Below, in pieces: positions 38,985 to 48,212 of a DNA stretch of 64,000 nucleotides. This DNA is from Sphingopyxis sp. (lineage in GTDB: Bacteria > Pseudomonadota > Alphaproteobacteria > Sphingomonadales > Sphingomonadaceae). A model generated the notes under the pieces. It was not told the DNA's origin, made no database searches, and was given only the letters and a program-made list of their open reading frames with translations. The stretch spans positions 14,299 through 78,298 of the forward strand of contig NZ_DATAJZ010000020.1 of NCBI RefSeq assembly GCF_036261875.1. Direction: 5' to 3'. Position 1 is the stretch's first letter, and each line of letters starts with the position of its first letter. The position numbers were made by a program, and so were the translations under genes.

Positions 38985-39746
38985 TTATTTCCCGCCCGAC
39001 GCGACCAGATCGACGTCGGTCATGCCGCCGTCGCGGCGCGCGAAAACGACATAGGCGAGGTCGCCCTTGGTGCCGCCGAGCATATGCTCGTTGCCACGCA
39101 CGCGGTGGTCGCTGGTGTATCCGCCGCGCACCGCCATCGTGTGATAATAGTCGAGCACGCCCTGGATCGAGGCGGCGGTCTGGAAATTGACGACGCGGAT
39201 GTTGCACTTGCCGCCGGCGACCCCCGCGGCCTCGCGCAGCGTCGCGCGCGGATAGACTTTTAACGCGGCGGGCAGGCGGTCGGCCCATGCATTGCCATAG
39301 GTCAGCTTGGCGTCGCAGCTTCCCTTCTGCTGCTCGCGCGCCAGCGCGCCGATCGTCACCGGGCGCTTCGCGGCGCAATCGCCGTTGCAGCCTTCCTCGA
39401 ACGGCAGGGCCTTCGGCGCGGCGAGCAATTTACCCGCCGCCTGCGCCGCCGCGGCTTCGGCGGCGGCCGCCGCCTTGCCGGCCGCGATACCGGGGACGCC
39501 GCCGTCTACCGGCCGGTTGCCGGGCGCCGCGGCGTTGCGGTTCGCCTGGCCGGTCAGCTTGGGATCGACCATGATCTTGTCTTCGAGCGCGCCCTTGACC
39601 GCCGGGTCGCTGTCGGTCAGGCCGTCGTCGAGCGGCTGGAGGTCGGCCTTGGCGGCCGGATTGTCGCGGCAGCCCGCCAGCGGCACCGTCGCCGCCACCA
39701 TCAGGCCCGCGATCAGCCATTTGCCCCGCACGATCATAGCTAACAC
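38985..39746 (-). CDS. Putative lipoprotein, unknown function
   Basis: Lipobox LAGC after an N-terminal hydrophobic segment. 253 aa with GC3 bias. No recognisable family. Confidence 0.5.
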   Translation of the reverse strand: MLAMIVRGKWLIAGLMVAATVPLAGCRDNPAAKADLQPLDDGLTDSDPAVKGALEDKIMVDPKLTGQANRNAAAPGNRPVDGGVPGIAAGKAAAAAEAAAAQAAGKLLAAPKALPFEEGCNGDCAAKRPVTIGALAREQQKGSCDAKLTYGNAWADRLPAALKVYPRATLREAAGVAGGKCNIRVVNFQTAASIQGVLDYYHTMAVRGGYTSDHRVRGNEHMLGGTKGDLAYVVFARRDGGMTDVDLVASGGK

Positions 39747-39879
39747 TCCCTTAATATCCCCTCGGGAATGCCCGATCCTGGTTAAAAAGGCCCAAATAAA
39801 ATGCGTTAACGGGTAAGACTTTGTTAGCCCAAAACTGTGCCGGAGCGAGACGGAATCGACATCCTTCGCAAGTCTTCCT

Positions 39880-39983
39880 CGTCATTGCGAGGAGCGAAGC
39901 GACGAAGCAATCGCCAGCCATCAGCCTTGCACGACGCCGAGGGCTGGAGATTGCCGCGTCGCCTTCGGCTCCTCGCAATGACG
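39880..39983. repeat. Family C palindromic element, copy 1
   Basis: Termini CGTCATTGCGAGGAGCGAAGCGACGAAGCAATC...GGCTCCTCGCAATGACG. Related to the copy at 56862. Confidence 0.8.
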
Positions 39984-39990
39984 TGCTGGA

Positions 39991-40431
39991 TCAATCGGCA
40001 AATCGCCCCGAACCCGTCTCGCGCGGCGCCGTGCGGATCAGCCGCGAAGTCTCGACCGCGGCCTGGCGGTGGACGACCGCCTGGCGATAGACCGGGTCGG
40101 TCACCATCGCCATGAAGGCGCCGCTGTTCGGATATTCGGCGACGAACATCGCGTCCCAATGCTCGCCGTCGGGGCCGATCACCATCGCCTCCATCGCGCC
40201 GCGCCAGACGATGCGGCCGCCGAGCCGTTCGAACACAGGTCCGCTGTCGCGCCCGTAATTCGCATAGGCCTCCGCCCCGTTGAGGTTCGCGCTCGCGAGC
40301 GGGTGATCGGCGGGATAGGTCGCCTTGTCCTTGAAGCGGACGAGGTTGAGCATGTGAATCACCGTGTCGCGCGGCAGCGCCTTGAAGGCGTCGAACTGCG
40401 CTCGCTCGGGGTCGACGTGGCGGTCTGTCAT
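39991..40431 (-). CDS. DUF1330 domain protein
   Basis: 146-aa C-terminal part of track ORF 39991..41037, starting MTDRHVDPERAQFDAF. MLNLVRFK...A.Y pattern. Confidence 0.7.
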   Translation of the reverse strand: MTDRHVDPERAQFDAFKALPRDTVIHMLNLVRFKDKATYPADHPLASANLNGAEAYANYGRDSGPVFERLGGRIVWRGAMEAMVIGPDGEHWDAMFVAEYPNSGAFMAMVTDPVYRQAVVHRQAAVETSRLIRTAPRETGSGRFAD

Positions 40432-40979
40432 GGCTGGAACTCCTTGCGTTTCGCGCGCCAGGCATCGGCGCTTTGCGTCCAGGCGTCGACCGGCGCATCC
40501 TGAAACGGCGCGGGGAGGCGGGTCGGGCCGCTGTTCGTCGCGCCGAGCCGCTTTGCCAGCGCCTGCGAGCGCGTGTTGGCGGGATCGATGCTGTGCATCA
40601 GTTCGGGCCATTTCAGAAATTCGACCGCGAAATCGCACGCCGCGACCGCGCCCTCGAAGGCATAGCCCTTGCCCGCGAATTTCGCGCATACGCCATAGCC
40701 GATTTCGGGCGCGGGCCAGCCGTCGGGCTCCCACGGCCCGAGGCGGCCGACCCATTCGCCGCTGTCGCGCTCGATCACCGAGAACATCGAAAAGCCGCGG
40801 ATATGCCATGCGCCGGCCAGCGTGCACCACTGACGCCATGCCGCCGACCGCGGGCAGGTGCCGCCGATGAAGCGCATCGTCTCTTCTTCGGCGCACATGC
40901 CGGCAAAGGCGTCGAAATCCTCGGTTGCGGGCGGGCGCAGGATCAGCCGCTCGGTCACGAGCAGGGGGCCGTTCAACAT
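40428..40979 (-). CDS. GNAT-family N-acetyltransferase (RimJ/RimL-like)
   Basis: TERLILRP N-terminus and acetyl-CoA-binding type core. 4-nt overlap with the DUF1330 gene. Confidence 0.75.
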   Translation of the reverse strand: MLNGPLLVTERLILRPPATEDFDAFAGMCAEEETMRFIGGTCPRSAAWRQWCTLAGAWHIRGFSMFSVIERDSGEWVGRLGPWEPDGWPAPEIGYGVCAKFAGKGYAFEGAVAACDFAVEFLKWPELMHSIDPANTRSQALAKRLGATNSGPTRLPAPFQDAPVDAWTQSADAWRAKRKEFQP

Positions 40980-41043
40980 GTCTCTTCTCCCGCAGCGATT
41001 GGCCGCTGTTTGTGCGGCAAGCGGGATCGCGGGGCAAGGCCCA

Positions 41044-41083
41044 CGAAAAATTTGAGGGCGCCGGTGGTTAGACCGGCGCCCTC
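41044..41083 (-). terminator. Rho-independent terminator of the glycine-zipper gene
   Basis: 12-bp perfect stem GAGGGCGCCGGT/ACCGGCGCCCTC. On the minus strand it is followed by AAATTTTTCG. Confidence 0.6.
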
Positions 41084-41143
41084 TCCATCACGTGTGCGGG
41101 CGGAGGGGTCTCGGACCCACACCCGCGACGGGTTCCTGATCGC

Positions 41144-41542
41144 TTAGCGGCAGCGATATTTGTCCTTGTCGATCTCGCGGCCGAGCAGCGCGCCGCCCGC
41201 GGCGCCGAGCACGGTGCCGAGCAGCTTGTCGCCATTGCCCGCAATCTCGTGTCCGGCGAGGCCGCCGACCGCGCCGCCGATCAAGAGGCCGGTCGTGCCG
41301 TTGTCCTTCTTGCAGCGATAGCGGCCGTCGCTGCCGCGCCAGATGCGCGTGTTGCTGTTCACGCGCTGATCGCGCGAGGCGTAATAATTGCGGTTATGCT
41401 TGCGCTTCTTGTAATAATCCGCCGATGCCTCGGCCTGATGATAGCCGGGGACGGCCGTCGACACGCCGGCATAGGCGGGCGCGGTGCCGACGACGCTGGC
41501 CGCGGCGAACAGGCCCATCATGCCTTTGGTCAAGATACGCAT
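41144..41542 (-). CDS. Glycine-zipper (17-kDa-antigen-like) outer-membrane/secreted protein
   Basis: Signal peptide and C-terminal GLLIGGAVGGLAGHEIAGNG...GTVLGAAGGALLG glycine zipper. Confidence 0.6.
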   Translation of the reverse strand: MRILTKGMMGLFAAASVVGTAPAYAGVSTAVPGYHQAEASADYYKKRKHNRNYYASRDQRVNSNTRIWRGSDGRYRCKKDNGTTGLLIGGAVGGLAGHEIAGNGDKLLGTVLGAAGGALLGREIDKDKYRCR

Positions 41543-41724
41543 TATTCAAATCCTTTCCTGGTCTCGGCGCCTCCGTTCCGAACGGAACCGGGCGCTTCGA
41601 GGAGAGAACGAGCCGGGTCCGAAAGCCGTTGCATGAACGTCAGGCAACGGGACGAAACGAGAGAATCCATCGACGAACCGAAAGGGTCTTGAAGGTGCGG
41701 CGCGGCCATGCGACATGTGGAAAC

Positions 41725-41946
41725 ATGCTGAACATCGCCTCGATCGTCATCGGCGTCATCGCGCTGATTCTCGCCATTCCCGCCTTCATCCCGCTGCTCG
41801 GCTGGGCGAACTGGGTGGTGGTGCCGATCGCGGTCGTCGGGCTGGCGCTCGGCGCGATGTCGAACCGGACCAGCGGGCGCAATCTCAACATCGTCGTCAT
41901 CGTCATCGGCGTCGTGCGCCTGATGCTCGGCGGCGGCATCATCTGA
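41725..41946 (+). CDS. Small membrane protein (73 aa, 2-3 TM)
   Basis: ATG 41725 within track ORF 41425..41946. Highly hydrophobic. Confidence 0.45.
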   Translation: MLNIASIVIGVIALILAIPAFIPLLGWANWVVVPIAVVGLALGAMSNRTSGRNLNIVVIVIGVVRLMLGGGII

Positions 41947-41965
41947 TCCGGCACGGCGAACCGTC

Positions 41966-42883
41966 ATGACACAGGCATCGGCCCCCGCGGGGAGCCATCA
42001 GGGCGGCTTGCCCTATGCGCTTGCCGCCTATGGCATCTGGGGCTTCGTCCCGCTCTTCTTCAAGCTGCTCGAAAGCGTTCCGCCGGTCGAGGTGCTGGCG
42101 CAGCGGATCATCTGGTCGCTGCCGCTCTGCTTCCTCATCATGGTCTTTCGCCGCCAGATCGGCGACTATCTCGCGGCGCTCCGCGACCCGCGCGTGCTGC
42201 GGATGCTGCTTGCCAGCGCGCTGCTGATCGCGGTCAACTGGCTGGTCTATATCTTCGCGATCTTCACCGACCATGTCCTCGCGGCGAGCCTCGGCTATTA
42301 TCTCAACCCGCTGGTCAATGTGATGCTGGGGATGCTCTTTCTGGGCGAGCGGCTTGGCCGGCTGCAACTCGTCGCGGTCGTCATCGCAGGGATAGGGGTC
42401 GCGATTCTGCTCGCGGGCGCGCTCGACACGCTGTGGATCAGTCTGACGCTGGCGCTCAGCTTCGGTTTCTATGGCCTGATCCGCAAGATCGTGCCGGTGG
42501 GCTCGCTCCCCGGGCTTGCGATCGAGACGACGCTGCTGATGCCTTTGGCGCTTGCGGTTTCGGGTTGGTATCTGTGGATCGGCGACGGGCGCGGTTTCGG
42601 ATCGGACGGTGCGATCAGCCTGCTGCTCATGGCGGGGGGCATCGTGACCGCGGTGCCGCTGCTGCTGTTCGCGACCGCGGCGCGGCGGATGAGCTATGCC
42701 GCGCTCGGCTTCGCGCAATATCTGGCGCCGACGCTACAATTCCTGCTCGGCCTGTTCGCGTTCCACGAACCGCTGAAACCCGTGCAACTCGCTTGCTTCG
42801 TGCTGATCTGGATCAGCATCGCGGTGTTCAGCTTCGATATGTGGCGCAAGATGCGCGCCGAGCGGGTGGGCGGATCGATCTGA
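41966..42883 (+). CDS. rarD: EamA/RarD-family transporter
   Basis: 305 aa with 10 TM segments. YGIWGFVPLFFK N-terminus typical of RarD. Confidence 0.75.
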   Translation: MTQASAPAGSHQGGLPYALAAYGIWGFVPLFFKLLESVPPVEVLAQRIIWSLPLCFLIMVFRRQIGDYLAALRDPRVLRMLLASALLIAVNWLVYIFAIFTDHVLAASLGYYLNPLVNVMLGMLFLGERLGRLQLVAVVIAGIGVAILLAGALDTLWISLTLALSFGFYGLIRKIVPVGSLPGLAIETTLLMPLALAVSGWYLWIGDGRGFGSDGAISLLLMAGGIVTAVPLLLFATAARRMSYAALGFAQYLAPTLQFLLGLFAFHEPLKPVQLACFVLIWISIAVFSFDMWRKMRAERVGGSI

Positions 42884-42903
42884 ACCCGGCGCTGTCATCT
42901 CAA

Positions 42904-42987
42904 TTCGTCATGCCGGACTTGATCCGGCATCCATTCTTTCCAACGCTGCTCTGAATGGACCCCGGATCAAGTCCGGGGTGACGGAAG
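42904..42987. repeat. Family B double-hairpin element
   Basis: The left arm stem is GCCGG/CCGGC and the right arm stem is CCCCGG/CCGGGG. Each arm keeps its own pairing. Confidence 0.8.
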
Positions 42988-42989
42988 AG

Positions 42990-44012
42990 TTAAGTAAGCC
43001 GCCAGCCCAGCGTTTCGCCCGCATGAAAAGGCACGACCTCGCCGATCCGCTCCGGCACCACGGTCTCCCCGCGCTCGAGCGTGATCGTGCCGCCATTGAG
43101 CGGCAGGCCATAGAAATTCGGTCCATGCTCGCTGGCGAACCCCTCGAACCGGTCGAGCGCGCCTTCCTCATCGAACACCGTCACATAGGATTCGAGCGCA
43201 TAGGGTGCATTGAAGATGCCCGCGCAGCCGCAGGCAGCCTCCTTCGTATGCACCGCGTGCGGGGCGCTGTCGGTGCCCAGGAAGAATTTGGGCGATCCCG
43301 ACACCGCCGCGGCGCGCACCGCGAGCCGGTGCTGCTCGCGCTTGGCGACGGGCAGGCAATAAGCGTGCGGGCGGATGCCGCCGACGAGCATCGCGTTGCG
43401 GTTGATATGGAGATGCTGCGGGGTGATCGTCGCGCCGACGTTGGCGGGCGCGTCCCGCACGAAATCAACCGCTTCGGCCGTCGTGATATGCTCGAAGACG
43501 ATCTTGAGGGTCGGCAGTTTCCGGACCAGCGGCGCCAGCGTGCGCTCGATGAACACCGCCTCGCGGTCGAAGATGTCGACGTCGTGATCGGTGACCTCGC
43601 CGTGGATCAGCAGTGGCATCCCGATCTCGGCCATGCGTTCGAGCACGCCCATGATGTTCGCGATGTCGGTGACGCCGTGCGCGCTGCCCGTCGTCGCGTG
43701 CGCCGGATAGAGCTTTGCCGCGGTGAACACGCCCTCGGCATGGCCGCGCGCCAGCTCGCCCGCGTCGCTGTGGTCGGTCAGATAGGCGACGATCAGCGGC
43801 GTGAAATCGAGCTCTTTCGGCACCGCGGCGCGGATGCGGTCGCGATAGGCCGCGCCTTCCGTCGCGCTCGTCACCGGCGGCGACAGGTTCGGCATGATGA
43901 TCGCACGCGCGAACTGGCGCGCGGTGTGGCGCGCGACCTGTTCCAGCATCGCGCCGTCGCGCAGATGGACGTGCCAGTCGTCGGGGCGTCGGATAGTCAG
44001 GCGGTCGGTCAT
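42990..44012 (-). CDS. pyrC: Dihydroorotase (homodimeric type)
   Basis: 340 aa with [18 protein letters not shown] and GTDSAPH motifs. Confidence 0.9.
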   Translation of the reverse strand: MTDRLTIRRPDDWHVHLRDGAMLEQVARHTARQFARAIIMPNLSPPVTSATEGAAYRDRIRAAVPKELDFTPLIVAYLTDHSDAGELARGHAEGVFTAAKLYPAHATTGSAHGVTDIANIMGVLERMAEIGMPLLIHGEVTDHDVDIFDREAVFIERTLAPLVRKLPTLKIVFEHITTAEAVDFVRDAPANVGATITPQHLHINRNAMLVGGIRPHAYCLPVAKREQHRLAVRAAAVSGSPKFFLGTDSAPHAVHTKEAACGCAGIFNAPYALESYVTVFDEEGALDRFEGFASEHGPNFYGLPLNGGTITLERGETVVPERIGEVVPFHAGETLGWRLT

Positions 44013-44068
44013 CGGCGGCTCGTCGATAAGTGGGTTGGTTTTGGCTGGGGCGTCCCTAGATTATCGCC

Positions 44069-44800
44069 ATGCCCAATACCACCCTCAACGATCGCGCGCT
44101 CCTTCGACTTTCGGGCGAGGACGTACGCGGCTTCCTGCAAGGCCTCGTCACCAACGATGTTTCGGGCAATCTGCCGGTGTGGGCGGCGCTGCTGACCCCG
44201 CAGGGCAAAGTGCTGTTCGATTTGCTGATCTGGGGCGACGAGGATGATGTATTGATCGACTGCGAGCGCGCCGCCGCCGACGATCTGGCGAAGCGCCTGA
44301 CACTCTATCGCCTCCGCCGCGCGATCACGATCGCGCGCGAGGAGGGACTCGGCGTCCACTGGGCGAAGGAGGGTGACCTCGGCGTCGTCGATCCGCGTCT
44401 GTCCGACCTCGGCCAGCGCTGGCTCGCGCCCGCCGGGGAAGGGGAGGGCGTCGACGCCGCATGGCAGGCGCATCGCCTGTCGCTCGGCGTTACCGAGGGG
44501 TGCGCCGAACTCGGCGACGGAACGACGCTCTGGCTCGAATGCAACGCCGCCGAACTGAACGGCGTCAGCTTCACCAAGGGCTGCTATGTCGGGCAGGAGA
44601 ATACGGCGCGGATGAACTGGCGGCAGAAGGTCAATCGGCGGCTGGTGGTCGTGCCGATCGCTGAGGCCGACGGCAAGCGTCAGGTCGTCGCCTGGCCCGA
44701 ACTCGGCTGGTCGGTCGAGCATCGCCGGGTCGAAAATATCGACCCCGCCGCCGCGCCCGGCTGGATGCGCGAAGCGCTCACCGCCGATCGCGGTTCATGA
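44069..44800 (+). CDS. ygfZ: YgfZ/CAF17-type folate-binding Fe-S cluster protein
   Basis: LLRLSGEDVRGFLQGLVTNDV N-terminus and the KGCYVGQE motif. Confidence 0.75.
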   Translation: MPNTTLNDRALLRLSGEDVRGFLQGLVTNDVSGNLPVWAALLTPQGKVLFDLLIWGDEDDVLIDCERAAADDLAKRLTLYRLRRAITIAREEGLGVHWAKEGDLGVVDPRLSDLGQRWLAPAGEGEGVDAAWQAHRLSLGVTEGCAELGDGTTLWLECNAAELNGVSFTKGCYVGQENTARMNWRQKVNRRLVVVPIAEADGKRQVVAWPELGWSVEHRRVENIDPAAAPGWMREALTADRGS

Positions 44801-44812
44801 CGACCTCCTCCC

Positions 44813-44843
44813 TCGTCACCCCGGATCAAGTCCGGGGTGACGA
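44813..44843. terminator. Family B single hairpin after ygfZ (possible terminator)
   Basis: TCGTCACCCCGGA-TCAAG-TCCGGGGTGACGA, a 13-bp stem with no U-tract. Confidence 0.4.
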
Positions 44844-44933
44844 AAGTGTGGCGCGGCTCTTTCTTCGAGCGGCATCGCCGTCCACCAGTCGCGGTTCATG
44901 ACAGGTGCAGGCGGGCATGGTAGATTTCCCGCC

Positions 44934-45506
44934 ATGCGCGCCCTTCTGATCGCTTCGGCGCTCGCCGCCGCTCTCCCGGTCGCTCCTGCCGTTGCCGCCG
45001 ATCCACCGCTCGTGCCGATCGCGCCCGAGGAAGCGACCGCTCCCGCGCTATTGGTGCCGCTCGCCCCGGATTCGCCGTGGACCGCGCGGTTCGCGGCGGC
45101 CGCCGACGAATTGCTGCCCGCGCTGCGATCGGGCGAGGAAAGCCGCTGGGGTCCGCTGCTGGGCGGTCCGTGGCTGGGCGCGCCCGACCGCGCGCGCGTT
45201 GCCGCCTTGCTGCGCGACCGCGACGGCCCGTTCGGTCATGCGCTTTCCGGGCAGGCGGGCACTCGCCGCATCATCCTGGGGTGGCAGTCGCCCGCGACAC
45301 TGAACGCCGCGGATCGCGCCGCGATCGCCGCGCGACCCGAGGCCGAGGCGATCGTCTGCTGGGCCGCACAGGGCGCCGCCGATACCGGATGGCCGCGCAC
45401 CGCACGCGAAGCGGACAATGCGCCGGGGCGCCCCTATGCGTGCGCGCGCATCGCCTATTCGGTGCGGGACGGCGCGCCGCGCTGGCGCGCCTTCGTCGAG
45501 GGCTGA
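44934..45506 (+). CDS. Secreted hypothetical protein
   Basis: ATG 44934 gives the signal peptide MRALLIASALAAALPVAPAVA. GC3 bias. No recognisable family. Confidence 0.4.
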   Translation: MRALLIASALAAALPVAPAVAADPPLVPIAPEEATAPALLVPLAPDSPWTARFAAAADELLPALRSGEESRWGPLLGGPWLGAPDRARVAALLRDRDGPFGHALSGQAGTRRIILGWQSPATLNAADRAAIAARPEAEAIVCWAAQGAADTGWPRTAREADNAPGRPYACARIAYSVRDGAPRWRAFVEG

Positions 45507-45524
45507 TTTAACCATTCCCCAATC

Positions 45525-46100
45525 ATGATCTGCGACAAGCGCGCCATGTTGCGGCGTTTCATCTCCTTGGCCGGGATCATTGCGGTGGGCTCGATCGGCA
45601 TAGCCAATATCGCGGGCCGTCAAAGGGCCGAAGGGCCCGCGGCGCCCGCGCCGGACCCCTATGCCGGCGAAAGCAACTGGACGATGCGCGGGCGGGACGC
45701 CGCTGCGGCGTCCGCCAAGGCTGCCGCCTCGCGGCCGAGCGAGGTTCGAATCCGACGCGCGTCCGATTCGCATTTCTATGCCGACACCGATGTGCAGGGC
45801 ACGCAGATCCACATGCTCGTCGACAGCGGCGCCTCGCTCGTCGCGCTGACGCGCCGCGATGCGGAGGCGATCGGGATCGACGTCGACCGCCTGCCGGTCG
45901 CGGGCATGGCGCAGACGGCGGGCGGGCCGATCCCGATGCGGGTCACGATGCTCGACAGCGTCGATGTCGACGGCATCACGGTGCGCAATGTCGAGGCGGC
46001 GGTGGTCGACGCCGACATGGGTGTCTCGCTGCTCGGCCAAAGCTTCCTCGCCAAGCTCGACACGGTGAATATCGAAGGCGACACGATGACGCTGCGGTGA
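45525..46100 (+). CDS. Retropepsin-like (clan AA) aspartic protease, membrane anchored
   Basis: N-terminal TM segment and the MLVDSGASLVAL active-site motif (DSG). Confidence 0.65.
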   Translation: MICDKRAMLRRFISLAGIIAVGSIGIANIAGRQRAEGPAAPAPDPYAGESNWTMRGRDAAAASAKAAASRPSEVRIRRASDSHFYADTDVQGTQIHMLVDSGASLVALTRRDAEAIGIDVDRLPVAGMAQTAGGPIPMRVTMLDSVDVDGITVRNVEAAVVDADMGVSLLGQSFLAKLDTVNIEGDTMTLR

Positions 46101-46158
46101 TCGTCGAGCGGATTTGGTCTGCTGTTGGATTTTTGCGCGGCCGTTGCGGGAATTTGTT

Positions 46159-46366
46159 TCACGCAAAGGCGCAAAGAAACCGGGTCTCACACAAAGACAC
46201 GAAGAGGCCGGGTGTGATCGCGCGTCCGGTTCGTCGCCGTATGCGACCTTGAAAGGCGCTTCGCGCGAGTGATGGATGGATGGTCGCGTTGGCGCGCGCC
46301 CTCTTCGCGTCTTTGTGTGAGGATTTTTCTCCACTTCTTCTTCGCGCCTTTGCGCCTTTGCGTGAG
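46159..46366. repeat. Family E MITE-like element with composite terminal inverted repeats
   Basis: Left end TCACGCAAAGGCGCAAAG...TCTCACACAAAGACACGAAGAGG. The right end is its near-exact reverse complement. About 208 bp, with an internal (GATG)3. Confidence 0.65.
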
Positions 46367-46443
46367 ATCATGAGAAGAATGCGAGCCTTGCCGCTCGTCC
46401 TCAACTCTTGCCAAACCCTCGCGATTTCCCCACATCGGCGGCC

Positions 46444-47106
46444 ATGAACGCTCCCAATCCTCCGCTGAAGGCCGCGATCGTGCCGGTCACCGCTTTCCAG
46501 CAGAATTGCACTTTGCTGTGGTGCACCGAAACCAACAAGGCGGCTTTCGTCGATCCCGGCGGCGACCTCGACAAGCTCCGGGAAGCGGTCCGGCAGACCG
46601 GGGTCGAGGTCGAGAAGATCCTCGTCACCCACGGCCATATGGACCACTGCGGTCAGGCCGGGGTGCTCGCGAAGGAACTTGGCGTGCCGATCGAGGGGCC
46701 GCACGAGGACGATCGCTTCTGGATCGAAAAGCTGAGCGAGGACGGTGCGCGTTTCGGGATGGAGGGCGAGCCGTTCGAGCCCGACCGCTGGCTCGTCGAC
46801 GGCGACAAGGTGGCGGTCGGCAATCTGGAGATCGACGTCATTCACTGCCCCGGCCACACGCCCGGCCATGTCGTCTTTTATCACGGCCCCTCGAAACTTG
46901 CGATCGTCGGCGACGTGATTTTCCAGGGCTCGATCGGCCGCACCGACTTTCCGCGCGGCAATCATCAGCAGCTTCTCGATTCGATCACGCAGAAGCTCTG
47001 GCCGCTCGGCGGCGACACCATCTTCCTGCCCGGTCACGGTCCGCACAGCAGCTTCGCGCAGGAGCGGAGGACGAACCCCTATGTCGCCGACGGGGTGATT
47101 GGATAG
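46444..47106 (+). CDS. MBL-fold metallo-hydrolase (glyoxalase II-like)
   Basis: THGHMDHCG zinc motif and HCPGHTPGH. ATG 46444 within track ORF 46408..47106. Confidence 0.8.
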   Translation: MNAPNPPLKAAIVPVTAFQQNCTLLWCTETNKAAFVDPGGDLDKLREAVRQTGVEVEKILVTHGHMDHCGQAGVLAKELGVPIEGPHEDDRFWIEKLSEDGARFGMEGEPFEPDRWLVDGDKVAVGNLEIDVIHCPGHTPGHVVFYHGPSKLAIVGDVIFQGSIGRTDFPRGNHQQLLDSITQKLWPLGGDTIFLPGHGPHSSFAQERRTNPYVADGVIG

Positions 47107-47134
47107 ATGCCCACGATTGGATCTGAAGCAGATT

Positions 47135-47216
47135 CCGTTTGTGTCGAGCGAAGTCGAGACACCCATCAGTATGGCGCAAGGGCGATGGGTGTCTCGACTT
47201 CGCTCGACACGAACGG
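47135..47216. repeat. Family A palindromic element, copy 4
   Basis: CCGTTTGTGTCGAGCGAAGTCGAGACACCCATC..., then a loop, then ...GATGGGTGTCTCGACTTCGCTCGACACGAACGG. One mismatch in the left arm. Confidence 0.85.
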
Positions 47217-47238
47217 GAATTTAGGGCGGCTGCGTTCT

Positions 47239-47679
47239 CTACCTCGGCGCGACCACCTCGGTGTGGACAGCCTTCGCTGCGCCGAAGCTCACTGGAGTCG
47301 TATAGACGACCGTCAGCGCGGTGATCGCGAGACCGAGCTGGGTCAGCATGGTGATGATGGTTCCGATCATGCGGCCCCAGCGCATCCCGTCCATGCCGAG
47401 CGCGTGGAGGATGCGGCCGACCAGATAGAGCGCGCCGACCGCCCAAAGCGCCATTGACGGTCCCAGGCCGAGCTCGACGAGCGCGAGCAGGATCAGCACG
47501 AAAGCGGTATTCTCGACGAAATTGCTGTGCGCGCGCATCCGCCGCGTGACGGCTTCGTTGCCGCCGTCGCCGACGAAGACCTTCTCCCGCGTCCGCACCC
47601 GGCCGACGCGCACGCTGAGCCAGAGATTGAGCAGCGCTGCGGCCGCGGCAATGGTCAGGCTGATCGGCAAGATGATCAT
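47239..47679 (-). CDS. MAPEG-family membrane protein
   Basis: 146 aa with 4 TM segments. RVGRVR...R..RAH.NF.EN pattern. Confidence 0.7.
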   Translation of the reverse strand: MIILPISLTIAAAAALLNLWLSVRVGRVRTREKVFVGDGGNEAVTRRMRAHSNFVENTAFVLILLALVELGLGPSMALWAVGALYLVGRILHALGMDGMRWGRMIGTIITMLTQLGLAITALTVVYTTPVSFGAAKAVHTEVVAPR

Positions 47680-48014
47680 ATGGTTCCCCCTGTTGGCCGG
47701 GATTCCGGCAAGGACGGAGATGTGGCATTGACGGAGGGGCAGGGCAAGGCCGCTTCCTGTTCGTCGTCAGGACAGGGAGCGTCGATCCGTCCTTTGCCTC
47801 GGGGGTTGCCTTTGCGGGCAAAAACGCTATAGCCGCGCCCGATCCGGCACCCGACACCAACAGGCGTTGAGGCACCCTCCGGCGGATGATTTCCGGTCGT
47901 TTTTCAAACGGTAACGGTTTTCATCGTGGTGGGCGGGCCAGTCATTTCCGGCGACGGGAAAGACAAGTTCGGGTTCGCCGATTCGATTAAACATATAGGA
48001 ATGCAGGAAATAAC

Positions 48015-48191
48015 ATGGCCGTCCCCAAGCGAAAAACCTCGCCCTCGAAGCGCGGAATGCGTCGCAGCCACGACAGCCTGAAGGTCGAAGCCTTTCAGGA
48101 ATGCCCCAATTGCGGTGAGCTGAAGCGCCCGCACAATCTGTGCAACGCCTGCGGCCATTATAACGGCCGCGAAGTGGTGGCTGGCGCCTAA
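48015..48191 (+). CDS. rpmF: 50S ribosomal protein L32
   Basis: Not in the ORF track (58 aa). [19 protein letters not shown]...CPNCGE...CNACG, upstream of plsX. Confidence 0.9.
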   Translation: MAVPKRKTSPSKRGMRRSHDSLKVEAFQECPNCGELKRPHNLCNACGHYNGREVVAGA

Positions 48192-48212
48192 GTCAAGCCG
48201 GAGAGCGTCAGA

